A DNA stretch of 32,000 bases. Source: an uncultured archaeon (GTDB taxonomy: Archaea > Micrarchaeota > Micrarchaeia > Micrarchaeales > CABMGC01). The DNA lies in contig OY969902.1 in assembly GCA_963704435.1 (NCBI GenBank), positions 690,001-722,000 of the forward strand, given 5' to 3'. A model generated the notes under the pieces. It saw only the letters and a list, made by a program, of their open reading frames with translations. It was not told the origin of the DNA and ran no database searches. Of the stretch, positions 16,961-23,826 are shown piece by piece. Position 1 is the stretch's first letter. The number at the start of each line of letters is the position of its first letter. A program made the translations under genes and the position numbers.

Positions 16961-17725
16961 CTACGTTATGTCCTGCGCCACTATCGTTGCCAGCGATGTC
17001 TGTGCGACATTGTTGGAGATTACAATTACTTCAGTAACTTCGTTGCCTTTGTACCCTACCATCTCCGCGCCAACAACACCGCTTCCATAAGAATATGTCA
17101 TTCCGTTAAGGCTGGACACAGTGGCGGTACCCCCTGTGATGGCCGTGAATGACACGTTTTGGATCATCTTTGAATACAGGAACGCCGGAACTTGCGATTG
17201 CAGCGTTATCATAAACAGGCTTGATCCATACGGATTTGCGCTTGAAGCATTCAGGGTGTAGGTGGAGAAGAATGCATTTGTGACATTGTTAGTGAAGTAG
17301 GTGCTGATGTATTTAGCGCTAACCGAAGGAGGCACGGCTTTTACTCCACCGGTCGAATTAAAAACGCCTCCTGAACCGAGCAGCGATACCGCCTGTTGGT
17401 AGCTCATATATGACTGTCCGGGGCCACCGCCCTGGCTTGCATAGTATGCGGGTCCGGAATTGCCACTTGACGATGCTATAGAAGTCGTAGGTGCCGTAGT
17501 TGCCTGGGTAGTCGGAGAAGTCGTAGGCGATGTAGTTGGAGCAGTTGTAGGCGATGTCGTAGGAGACGTTGTAGGCGACGTAGTCAGGGCCGAAGTCTGC
17601 GGTACCGTTGTTGGAAATGTTGTAGTGCTCGTTACGTTATTTCTAGGCAGCACCAGCAATACTGCTGCTGCTACAATAATCACTATGACGACAGCCGCAC
17701 CTATTAAGGCAGAATTATTTGCCAT
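16961..17725 (-). CDS. membrane-anchored extracellular protein with a Pro/Thr/Ser (PTTS) repeat linker
   Basis: An N-terminal TM anchor (LIGAAVVIVIIVAAAVLLVL) is followed by TTSPTTSPTTSPTTAPTTSPTTSPTTQATTAPTTS and then a ~165-aa globular, sequon-containing domain. No family recognised. Confidence 0.75.
   Translation of the reverse strand: MANNSALIGAAVVIVIIVAAAVLLVLPRNNVTSTTTFPTTVPQTSALTTSPTTSPTTSPTTAPTTSPTTSPTTQATTAPTTSIASSSGNSGPAYYASQGGGPGQSYMSYQQAVSLLGSGGVFNSTGGVKAVPPSVSAKYISTYFTNNVTNAFFSTYTLNASSANPYGSSLFMITLQSQVPAFLYSKMIQNVSFTAITGGTATVSSLNGMTYSYGSGVVGAEMVGYKGNEVTEVIVISNNVAQTSLATIVAQDIT
17480..17614 (-). repeat. imperfect tandem 12-bp repeat encoding the (P-T-T-S/A)n linker
   Basis: The plus strand shows the period-12 units gtcgtaggcgat / gtagttggagca / gttgtaggcgat / gtcgtaggagac / gttgtaggcgac. 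These correspond to aa 38-82 of the 16961-17725 product. Confidence 0.8.
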
Positions 17726-17770
17726 GATTATCGAAATTAGTCCACATCTACATTATAAAAATGTTCCGTT

Positions 17771-17832
17771 GGCTTGGGGTTGCCGATATATGGTCTTTAC
17801 GTCGCAATTGGGGATTGTATGTATAAATATAT
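17771..17832. repeat. 62-bp direct repeat copy R1 (begins with a 14-nt copy of the tRNA-Trp 3' end)
   Basis: ggcttggggttgccgatatatggtctttacgtcgcaattggggattgtatgtataaatatat. It matches R2 (18336-18397) at 58 of 62 positions. Nt 17772-17785 are identical to 18996-19009, which cover the tRNA-Trp acceptor 3' strand, the discriminator and 3 trailer nt. Confidence 0.85.
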
Positions 17833-17891
17833 GTTATGATATACACATGAACAAAACTAAAATTTAAAGAGAAATATTTTACTGTGATTTG

Positions 17892-18332
17892 ATGACCACC
17901 AAGAGGCAAGTTGCGTACAAAAAAGAGATACGAAAGCTAATATCAGGGAGAAAGATAGATGCAAGACTCCAGGAGCTAGGAGGCGACTGGCGCGGAGAGA
18001 TGCTTTCCCGTCTTCGCGCTTTGATCAAGCAAGCCGACCCTGAAGCCATGGAAGAAGTGAAGTGGATAAAGCCGACCAATCCGCTGGGCACCGCAATTTG
18101 GTCCCACGAAGGGTCGATCTGCACCTGCGAGATCTACAAGAATGTCGTAAAGATGACATTCTCTAGGGGTGCCTCGTTGGATGACCCTTCAGGCCTCTTC
18201 AATTCTAGTCTCGAGGCTAGAGTGTGGCGCGCCATCGACTTCCACGAAGGCGACAAGATTAACGAGAAGGCTTTGAAAACTCTTATCCGCTCTGCTGTAG
18301 CCCTGAACATTAAAAAAAGCATGCACGATTGA
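17892..18332 (+). CDS. DUF1801 (YdhG-like) domain protein
   Basis: WRGEMLSRLRALIKQADPEAMEEVKW...VKMTFSRGASLDDPSGLFN...RAIDFHEGDKINEKALKTLIRSA fits the DUF1801 pattern as I recall it. I prefer ATG 17892 to the track's TTG at 17889. The gene is flanked by R1 and R2. Confidence 0.65.
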   Translation: MTTKRQVAYKKEIRKLISGRKIDARLQELGGDWRGEMLSRLRALIKQADPEAMEEVKWIKPTNPLGTAIWSHEGSICTCEIYKNVVKMTFSRGASLDDPSGLFNSSLEARVWRAIDFHEGDKINEKALKTLIRSAVALNIKKSMHD

Positions 18333-18335
18333 AAA

Positions 18336-18397
18336 GGTTTGGGGTTGCTGATATATGGTCTTTACGTCGCAATTGGGGATTGTATGCCTAAATATAT
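18336..18397. repeat. 62-bp direct repeat copy R2
   Basis: ggtttggggttgctgatatatggtctttacgtcgcaattggggattgtatgcctaaatatat. It starts 3 nt after the DUF1801 stop and abuts the stop (18398-18400) of the SnoaL-like gene. Confidence 0.85.
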
Positions 18398-18883
18398 CTA
18401 GATTTGCGTTTTAGTAAGCTTTCTCATAGCCAGTCGATGCAAATTCCAGAGTATGATCGGCATAAGAAGATTATACCAGAAAGACGTAGCATCTATGTAT
18501 TCGTGTACTCGATCAACTTTTCCGTTTCGTATATGATAGGTAATACAGTACCTTAAGGTGCCAGTACGTACATCTCCTTTGAAGCCAAAGGTAAATTTGC
18601 CTGTCGATTTGGCTCCGTGTGTATATTCAATACACAAATTTTCCTTATTTGCAAACCAGTTTGTAATTTTTATTTTGTGTTGCTTGTCATGTGTTCTGCC
18701 AGACATGGCAATATCAACAAATGCCCGAAGTTCTCGTGCCCCGCGGTACTCGGTTCCGCCTGGTTCCATGATCCAGACACAATCATTAGTTAGATAACTT
18801 ATAGTTCGCTTAAGATTCTCGCTGTCATTCGCCACGAGGTCTAACAGGTCCTTTATAAGCTGTTCATTGCGCTTATCCAACAC
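18398..18883 (-). CDS. SnoaL/NTF2-like fold protein (hypothetical)
   Basis: 161-aa ORF in markedly AT-rich DNA. The length and the pattern (...NDCVWIMEPGGTEYRGARELRAFV...ITNWFANKENLCIEYTH...GKVDRVHEY) resemble SnoaL-like polyketide-cyclase/NTF2 domains. The family call is tentative. Confidence 0.5.
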   Translation of the reverse strand: MLDKRNEQLIKDLLDLVANDSENLKRTISYLTNDCVWIMEPGGTEYRGARELRAFVDIAMSGRTHDKQHKIKITNWFANKENLCIEYTHGAKSTGKFTFGFKGDVRTGTLRYCITYHIRNGKVDRVHEYIDATSFWYNLLMPIILWNLHRLAMRKLTKTQI

Positions 18884-18998
18884 ATCTCCTAATTTTATTT
18901 TTATAGTCAGATTGATATATGTCCCACCAACATCCTCCAGGGTTCATATCTCATACATAGACGACAGGCTCAATTCTGTCGTCGTAAGACACACCGCT

Positions 18999-19142
18999 TG
19001 GGGTTGCCGGGATTTGAACCCGGACATGCAGGTGACTTCTGCGATCATTGATCATCGCTCCAAATCCTAATCATCGCCATATGGCTCAATCGAATTATAA
19101 ACATCTGGAGCCTGCCGCGCTGCCAGGTTACGCCACAACCCC
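18999..19142 (-). tRNA. tRNA-Trp(CCA) with a 71-nt intron at the canonical 37/38 position
   Basis: Minus-strand read: GGGGUUG-UG-GCGU-AACCUGGCA-GCGC-G-GCAGG-CUCCAG[71 nt]A-CCUGC-AUGU-CCGGG-UUCAAAU-CCCGG-CAACCCC-A. All four stems pair once the intron is removed. The mature length is 73 nt. CCA is not encoded. Confidence 0.85.
19034..19104 (-). ncRNA. tRNA-Trp intron, candidate box C/D-like guide element
   Basis: Intron RNA: AUGUUUAUAAUUCGAUUGAGCCAUAUGGCGAUGAUUAGGAUUUGGAGCGAUGAUCAAUGAUCGCAGAAGUC. It has two copies of GCGAUGA, which is box C RUGAUGA with one mismatch. AUUUGGAGC is complementary to the anticodon-loop sequence GCUCCAGAU. The splice boundary is ambiguous by 1 nt because an A flanks both junctions. 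Confidence 0.35.
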
Positions 19143-19163
19143 TCGTTTTTTATCTTGCAGTGT

Positions 19164-19177
19164 GGAATATATATTCC
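19164..19177. promoter_or_regulatory. palindromic TATA-like element between divergent tRNA-Trp and HAD genes
   Basis: GGAATATATATTCC is a perfect 14-bp palindrome. It spans -22 to -35 relative to the tRNA-Trp 5' end and lies 37-50 nt upstream of the HAD ATG (19214). Confidence 0.4.
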
Positions 19178-19213
19178 TTATCGTAAACTGTATCTGTTCG
19201 TGCAAGTGTTGTG

Positions 19214-19819
19214 ATGATAAAGGCCATAATATTCGATGTAGGCGGAGTCATAATCGACTTCAGCAATGACGACGACTATTATCCCTACCTCTCAAAGGTC
19301 AGCGGCGCTAGCATCAGGAAGATAAAGAAGCTGATAGAGGGAAGGCTGTGGGTGCAGCTGGACAAGGACGAGATCTCGCAGAATGAACTGGACAGGACGG
19401 TGTCGCGCAGGCTCGGCATTTGCGAGAAGGAAGTGAGGTGGTACGAGTCCTATGAGGAGACGGGCAGGATAAACCAGAAGGTAATCAATGACATAAGAAA
19501 GCTTTCAAGGAATTACGAGATCGCGTACCTCTCCAACGTGGACCTTTCAAGGTACACCTACACGCTGAAGCTGATGAGGTCCTATCGTAAGCTGTTCAAG
19601 CACGAGTTCGCCTCGTGCTACCTGCATATGAGGAAGCCGGACACGAAGATATTCAAGTATGTGCTCTCGAAGATGTTATTGAAGCCGAGCGAGGCCATCT
19701 TCATAGACAATACGCTAGAGAACGTAAAGGGGGCGAGGCGAGCGGGATTAAAAGCCATACTGTTCAAGGACAGCAGGGGCATGGATGCGGATCTGCGCAG
19801 GCTGGGAGTGAGGTTTTAG
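19214..19819 (+). CDS. HAD superfamily hydrolase, subfamily IA-like
   Basis: Motif I is IIFDVGGVIIDF, a D-x-G variant like that seen in YihX-type enzymes. Later come YLSNV and a C-terminal FIDNTLENVKGARRAGLKAILF (motifs III/IV). I prefer ATG 19214 to the track's GTG at 19211. Confidence 0.8.
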   Translation: MIKAIIFDVGGVIIDFSNDDDYYPYLSKVSGASIRKIKKLIEGRLWVQLDKDEISQNELDRTVSRRLGICEKEVRWYESYEETGRINQKVINDIRKLSRNYEIAYLSNVDLSRYTYTLKLMRSYRKLFKHEFASCYLHMRKPDTKIFKYVLSKMLLKPSEAIFIDNTLENVKGARRAGLKAILFKDSRGMDADLRRLGVRF

Positions 19820-19820
19820 C

Positions 19821-21272
19821 ATGGTGGCTGCGGTCGCGGACGAGAAAGGCATAACCGTCAAGAAGAAGGACAACTTCTCCGAGTGGTACACGCAGGTCCT
19901 GATAAAATCAGGGTTCATCGACTACAGCGAAGTATCCGGAGCGATAGTATTCAGGCCGTACGCGTATTTCGCCTGGCAAGAGATTTCGAAAGCGGTGGAC
20001 GCTGAATTGCGGAAGAACGGGGTAGAGGATGTCTACTTCCCAATGCTCATACCTGAGAGGCTCCTGTTGAAGGAGAAGGAGCACTTCGAGGGGTTCAACC
20101 CCGAGGTGGCCTGGGTCACCGAGACAGGGAACTCCAAACTGACCGAGCGGCTTGCGATTAGGCCCACTTCCGAGACGATAATGTACGTGAACTACTCGAA
20201 ATGGATAAGGTCGTGGAGGGACCTCCCTCTCAGGTACAACCAGTGGAACAACGTCCTAAGGTGGGAGTTCAAGCACCCCACGCCGTTCATAAGGTCGAGG
20301 GAGTTCCTCTGGAACGAGGGGCACACGGTGTTCGCTACGAGAGACGAGGCGCTGAGGGAGAGGGACTTCGTGCTGGAGATGTACCAACGCATCCTTAGGG
20401 ACTACCTGGCCCTCCCAGGAATTCCCGGCACGAAGAGCGACCACGAGAAGTTCGCGGGCGCAGAGGCCAGCTACAGCATCGAGCACATTATGCCCGACGG
20501 CTGGGCGCTGCAGGGGCCAGACTTCCACAGTGACGGCCAGAACTTCTCCAAGGCCTTTGAGATAAAGTTCCTTAACCGCGAGGGTTCGCAGGAGTACGCG
20601 TGGCAGAACACGTACGCGATCACGACGAGGGAGCTCGGCGTCGTGGTGGCCGTGCACGGCGATGACAAGGGTCTTGTCCTTCCTCCAAAGATAGCCTATG
20701 TCCAGGTCGTGATAGTCCCGATACTGAAGACTGACGCGTCAAGGGAGGTGCTGGAATTCGCCAAGAAGCTGGAGAGGAGGCTCGCGATAAGGTACAGGGT
20801 CAGGCTCGATTCTAGGGAAGACTACACCCCCGGCTACAAGTTCAACGAGTGGGAGCTCAAGGGCGTGCCTCTGAGGATAGAGGTCGGCCCCAGGGACATG
20901 GCCAAGGGCACTGTAGTCTGCGTCAGGAGGGACACTGGCAGAAAGGAAGAGGTGAAGCACGAGTCCGTGGAGAGCGAGGTGGGCAGGCTTCTCGACCAGA
21001 TCCAGGCGGACCTGTACGAGAGGGCGAAGTCGCTCCTCAAGGATAGCGTGCACCTGGCGGATAGCTATGATTCGCTTAAGAGCATACTCGACACGAAGAA
21101 GGGCATAGCGCACGCGCCGTGGTGCGGCGACACCAAGTGCGAGCTTTCGGTGAAGGAGGAGACAGGTGCGAAAATCACCAACATCCCGTTTGACCAGAAG
21201 GGCTTGAAGGGAGACTGCGTCTACTGCGGCAAGAAGGCCAAATTCATGGCAAACTTCGCCAGGTCCTACTGA
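19821..21272 (+). CDS. proS: prolyl-tRNA synthetase, archaeal/eukaryotic type
   Basis: 483 aa. It has FSEWYTQVLIKSGFIDYS..., the class II motifs (LAIRPTSET, FRSREFLWNEGHT) and the C-terminal zinc-binding domain ending CVYCGKKAKFMANFARSY typical of archaeal ProRS. Confidence 0.95.
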   Translation: MVAAVADEKGITVKKKDNFSEWYTQVLIKSGFIDYSEVSGAIVFRPYAYFAWQEISKAVDAELRKNGVEDVYFPMLIPERLLLKEKEHFEGFNPEVAWVTETGNSKLTERLAIRPTSETIMYVNYSKWIRSWRDLPLRYNQWNNVLRWEFKHPTPFIRSREFLWNEGHTVFATRDEALRERDFVLEMYQRILRDYLALPGIPGTKSDHEKFAGAEASYSIEHIMPDGWALQGPDFHSDGQNFSKAFEIKFLNREGSQEYAWQNTYAITTRELGVVVAVHGDDKGLVLPPKIAYVQVVIVPILKTDASREVLEFAKKLERRLAIRYRVRLDSREDYTPGYKFNEWELKGVPLRIEVGPRDMAKGTVVCVRRDTGRKEEVKHESVESEVGRLLDQIQADLYERAKSLLKDSVHLADSYDSLKSILDTKKGIAHAPWCGDTKCELSVKEETGAKITNIPFDQKGLKGDCVYCGKKAKFMANFARSY

Positions 21273-21311
21273 CCCTTGGATTCACTTCGCCAACCAAGCG
21301 GCGCTGGCCCG

Positions 21312-22178
21312 CTAACCCGCTATGAGCAGGTAAGTGAACAGCAGAAGTATCGCGCCTAGCGCCAGCTTCTTCTCGATCTCGTCCTCTTTGAAGAGCAGGC
21401 CGCCGGCAAGCACGGTCATCACGACGTAGACCGTGTTCCTGACGGGCGTCACCAGGCTGACATCCGCGCCCACCAGGGATAGGTAGTAAGTCATCCCATA
21501 GCCGAGCGTCAGCACGGCCATCAGCAGTATCGGGAGCGCGTATGTCTTCACTGTGCTGACTATCTCCTTCACGCCCCCGTACTTGAAGGATATGAAGACG
21601 GCGAAGTCGAACGCGACGAATATCTCCGAGAGGACGAAGAAGGTGAAGACGTCGACTCCCGTTGCGGAGAGTATGTACTTGGTGAGTATCGCCTGCGCCG
21701 CCACGAGGAACGACCTCACTATTATCATCGTCATGTACTTGTTGCTCTCGAAAGGCTTCTTTCCGCGTTCGAAGAGGAGCGCGTAGATGACTACTGTTAT
21801 CACAGCTATGCTCACGTACTGCAGGTAGTCCAGGTGCTCCCCCAGCAGAGGGAGCGCCAGCAGCACGACGAACACGCTGGGCAGTGAGCTGAACGCGGCC
21901 GATGCGACGGATACGCTGCCGTGCCTGTAGACCCTTGCCGCAAGCAGGTACGTCAGGGCTATCAGTATCCCGTTCGCGAAGACGAGCGCAAGCTGGAACG
22001 CTGTGAAGTTGAAGTTCTGAGCTAGGAGCAGGAGGGGCAGGGAGAGTATTGCCGCGATGAAGCTAAATGCCGAAGTGAATGCGGTCGCGTGCTCCCTCTT
22101 GAGGGAGAATTTCTCCACTATCGTGAACATGCCCAGCATTATCGAGGACGCTAGGGCGAAGTAGTACCACGCGATCAT
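21312..22178 (-). CDS. EamA/DMT-family transporter (about 10 TM)
   Basis: 288 aa, hydrophobic throughout, with the two-fold internal repeat architecture typical of EamA domains. Confidence 0.8.
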   Translation of the reverse strand: MIAWYYFALASSIMLGMFTIVEKFSLKREHATAFTSAFSFIAAILSLPLLLLAQNFNFTAFQLALVFANGILIALTYLLAARVYRHGSVSVASAAFSSLPSVFVVLLALPLLGEHLDYLQYVSIAVITVVIYALLFERGKKPFESNKYMTMIIVRSFLVAAQAILTKYILSATGVDVFTFFVLSEIFVAFDFAVFISFKYGGVKEIVSTVKTYALPILLMAVLTLGYGMTYYLSLVGADVSLVTPVRNTVYVVMTVLAGGLLFKEDEIEKKLALGAILLLFTYLLIAG

Positions 22179-22200
22179 TGGAACATCTCACTTGTTCGGA

Positions 22201-22273
22201 TAGCCCCGACCGGATTCGAACCGGTGTAAGCGGGTCCAAAGCCCGCTATCCTTGGCCGCTAGATGACAGGGCT
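22201..22273 (-). tRNA. tRNA-Gln(UUG)
   Basis: Minus-strand read: AGCCCUG-UC-AUCU-AGCGGCCAA-GGAU-A-GCGGG-CUUUGGA-CCCGC-UUAC-ACCGG-UUCGAAU-CCGGU-CGGGGCU-A. It is 73 nt with an A1-U72 pair, as in archaeal tRNA-Gln. An AT-rich box (22296-22311) lies 23-38 nt upstream. Confidence 0.85.
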
Positions 22274-22326
22274 TCATAGCTATGTATGATTCTCCATATT
22301 TAAGTTTTTATGGCGCGCAGGGCTTC

Positions 22327-22734
22327 TCAGAGCTCCCTGGTCTCGGCATCGATCGGCTTGCGCTCGTGCTCGAAGGCCGCAGTCTTAGCCGCCTTGAGCG
22401 AAAGGGTCGCGCAGTGCATCCTAACGGGACCCGGGTCGACCCCTATGAGCTTCAGCAGGTCCGCCCGGGTCATCTTCTCCAAAGTGCGCAGGCTCTTCCC
22501 TTTCAGCCGCTCGGTGAGCAGGCTTGCGGTGCCCATGGATATCACACAGCCCGACCCATCGAACGAGACGTCGGCCAGCTCGTCCTTCTCTATCTTCAGG
22601 TACACCGTGATTGAGTCGCCGCACGAGGCGTTCTCCTCGCTCGCGCTTACGGTGGCGTCAGCCATCCTCCTCTTGTTGAGCGGATGCTCGTAGTTGTGTA
22701 TCAGCTCCTCGGCGTATATGTCAAGCCCTGCCAT
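22327..22734 (-). CDS. Fe-S cluster assembly scaffold, IscU/SufU (NifU N-terminal domain) family
   Basis: NASCGDSITVYL, GSGCVISMGTAS and RMHCATLS carry the three conserved Cys. I prefer ATG 22734 (MAGLDIYAEELIHNYEHP...). The track's GTG at 22779 sits directly against a TTTATATC box (22781-22788), which is better read as the promoter. Confidence 0.85.
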   Translation of the reverse strand: MAGLDIYAEELIHNYEHPLNKRRMADATVSASEENASCGDSITVYLKIEKDELADVSFDGSGCVISMGTASLLTERLKGKSLRTLEKMTRADLLKLIGVDPGPVRMHCATLSLKAAKTAAFEHERKPIDAETREL

Positions 22735-22842
22735 GCGAATTCGACCTTCCAGATCCTTTCCAATAATCGGGCGCAACACCGATATAAATGCATTAGGCGT
22801 CCGTCCACACTCGGTTATAAAACCATAAAGTCAATTGATATC

Positions 22843-23208
22843 ATGCATAGGCTCATACTCGACACCAGCTCGATAATCTTCGCGGCATCCAGGAAGGTGG
22901 ACGTGTTCCGCTCGGTGGAGGAGCAGCTCGGAGCGGTTCCGGTCGTCTCGTCAGGCGTCATGCGGGAGCTCAACGGCATCGCGATGGGCAGGACGAAGGA
23001 GGGCAGGTCCGCCAGGGTGGCGCTCGAGATGATGAAGTGCCACGGCGTGGAGGTCGTGAAGGACGACGGGGACGTGGACAAGTGGGTGTTCCGCGTAGGC
23101 AGGGCTCCGAGCGTCTACGTCTGCACAAACGATATTAACCTTAAGCGGGCATTAAGGAAAGAGGGCAAGCGCGCGCTCAGCGTCTCCGAGAACGGAGTAC
23201 TGAGGTAG
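22843..23208 (+). CDS. PIN-domain protein, Fcf1/Utp24-like (COG1412-type)
   Basis: MHRLILDTSSII... and ...VYVCTNDINLKRALRKEG are PIN acidic-residue contexts. The gene sits directly upstream of rpo7, as in many archaea. I chose ATG 22843. TTATAAAA lies about 20-27 nt upstream, so the mRNA may be leaderless. Confidence 0.7.
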   Translation: MHRLILDTSSIIFAASRKVDVFRSVEEQLGAVPVVSSGVMRELNGIAMGRTKEGRSARVALEMMKCHGVEVVKDDGDVDKWVFRVGRAPSVYVCTNDINLKRALRKEGKRALSVSENGVLR

Positions 23209-23252
23209 TATATTATATATGTTTGACCCAAATCTTACTGCTTGGTGAGCTT

Positions 23253-23825
23253 TTGTATTACAAGTATACCGTTACCGACTCGATAAGCGTACCCCCTAAG
23301 TACATCGGGGAGGACGTGGCCGGGGCGACCACGAAGATACTGAGGATGAAGTACGAGAGGACGCTCGACAAGGACATGGGCATAATGCTCGTGGTTTTCA
23401 ACGTAAGGGACATAAGCGACGGCTACATCCTGCCCACCGATCCTAACATCCACCACGATGTCACGTTCGACGTGCTGACCTTCGGGCTTGAGGTGGACGA
23501 GGTCGTGGTGGGGGAGGTCTCCGAGCTCGCGGACTTCGGCCTTTTCGTGAGGCTCGGCCCGATAGACGGACTGGTCCACCTGTCCCAGATAACCAGCGAC
23601 TTCATAACGTACGACAGGAAGATGGGGGTCTTCTCTTCGAAGAACTCCAAGAGGTCCGTGAAGAAGGGCGACACCGTGTACGCCAAGGTCTCCACGATAA
23701 GCATGAGGAACACGATACAGGACATAAGGATAGCGCTCACGATGAGGGCCGAGGGCTTCGGCAGGCCCGAATGGATAAAGGAGGACAAGCTCAGGGTCGT
23801 GAAGGAGAAGAGAAGGAGGAAATAG
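23253..23825 (+). CDS. rpo7: DNA-directed RNA polymerase subunit Rpo7 (E')
   Basis: YYKYTVTDSISVPPKYIGED..., then an S1 domain (GEVSELADFGLFVRLGPIDGLVHLSQI). There is no in-frame ATG near the N-terminus. I place the start at TTG 23253, preceded by GGTGA at a 4-nt spacing, which gives MYYKY... like other Rpo7 proteins. The track start is TTG 23223. Confidence 0.85.
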   Translation: MYYKYTVTDSISVPPKYIGEDVAGATTKILRMKYERTLDKDMGIMLVVFNVRDISDGYILPTDPNIHHDVTFDVLTFGLEVDEVVVGEVSELADFGLFVRLGPIDGLVHLSQITSDFITYDRKMGVFSSKNSKRSVKKGDTVYAKVSTISMRNTIQDIRIALTMRAEGFGRPEWIKEDKLRVVKEKRRRK

Positions 23826-23826
23826 C

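Larger units (their letters stand above)
17771..18998. mobile_element. putative tandem integration remnant at the tRNA-Trp 3' end (two single-gene units, no integrase)
   Basis: The layout is core+arm (R1), DUF1801 gene, core+arm (R2), SnoaL-like gene, then core plus the tRNA-Trp body. The region is visibly AT-richer than its flanks. See findings. Confidence 0.35.

Noticed and set aside
17771-18397. R1 and R2 as split-tRNA 3' halves or tRNA pseudogenes
   Set aside because: Only the last 14 nt resemble tRNA-Trp. No T-arm (GTTCAAATC-type loop with a flanking 5-bp stem) or anticodon-stem half precedes them. An att-like core is the better reading.
22684-22842. Extended N-termini of the PIN ORF (start 22684) and the IscU-like ORF (start 22779)
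   Set aside because: The two extensions would overlap each other across the divergent promoter region, which contains TATA-like boxes (22781-22788 and 22816-23). The conserved domains begin at ATG 22843 and ATG 22734.
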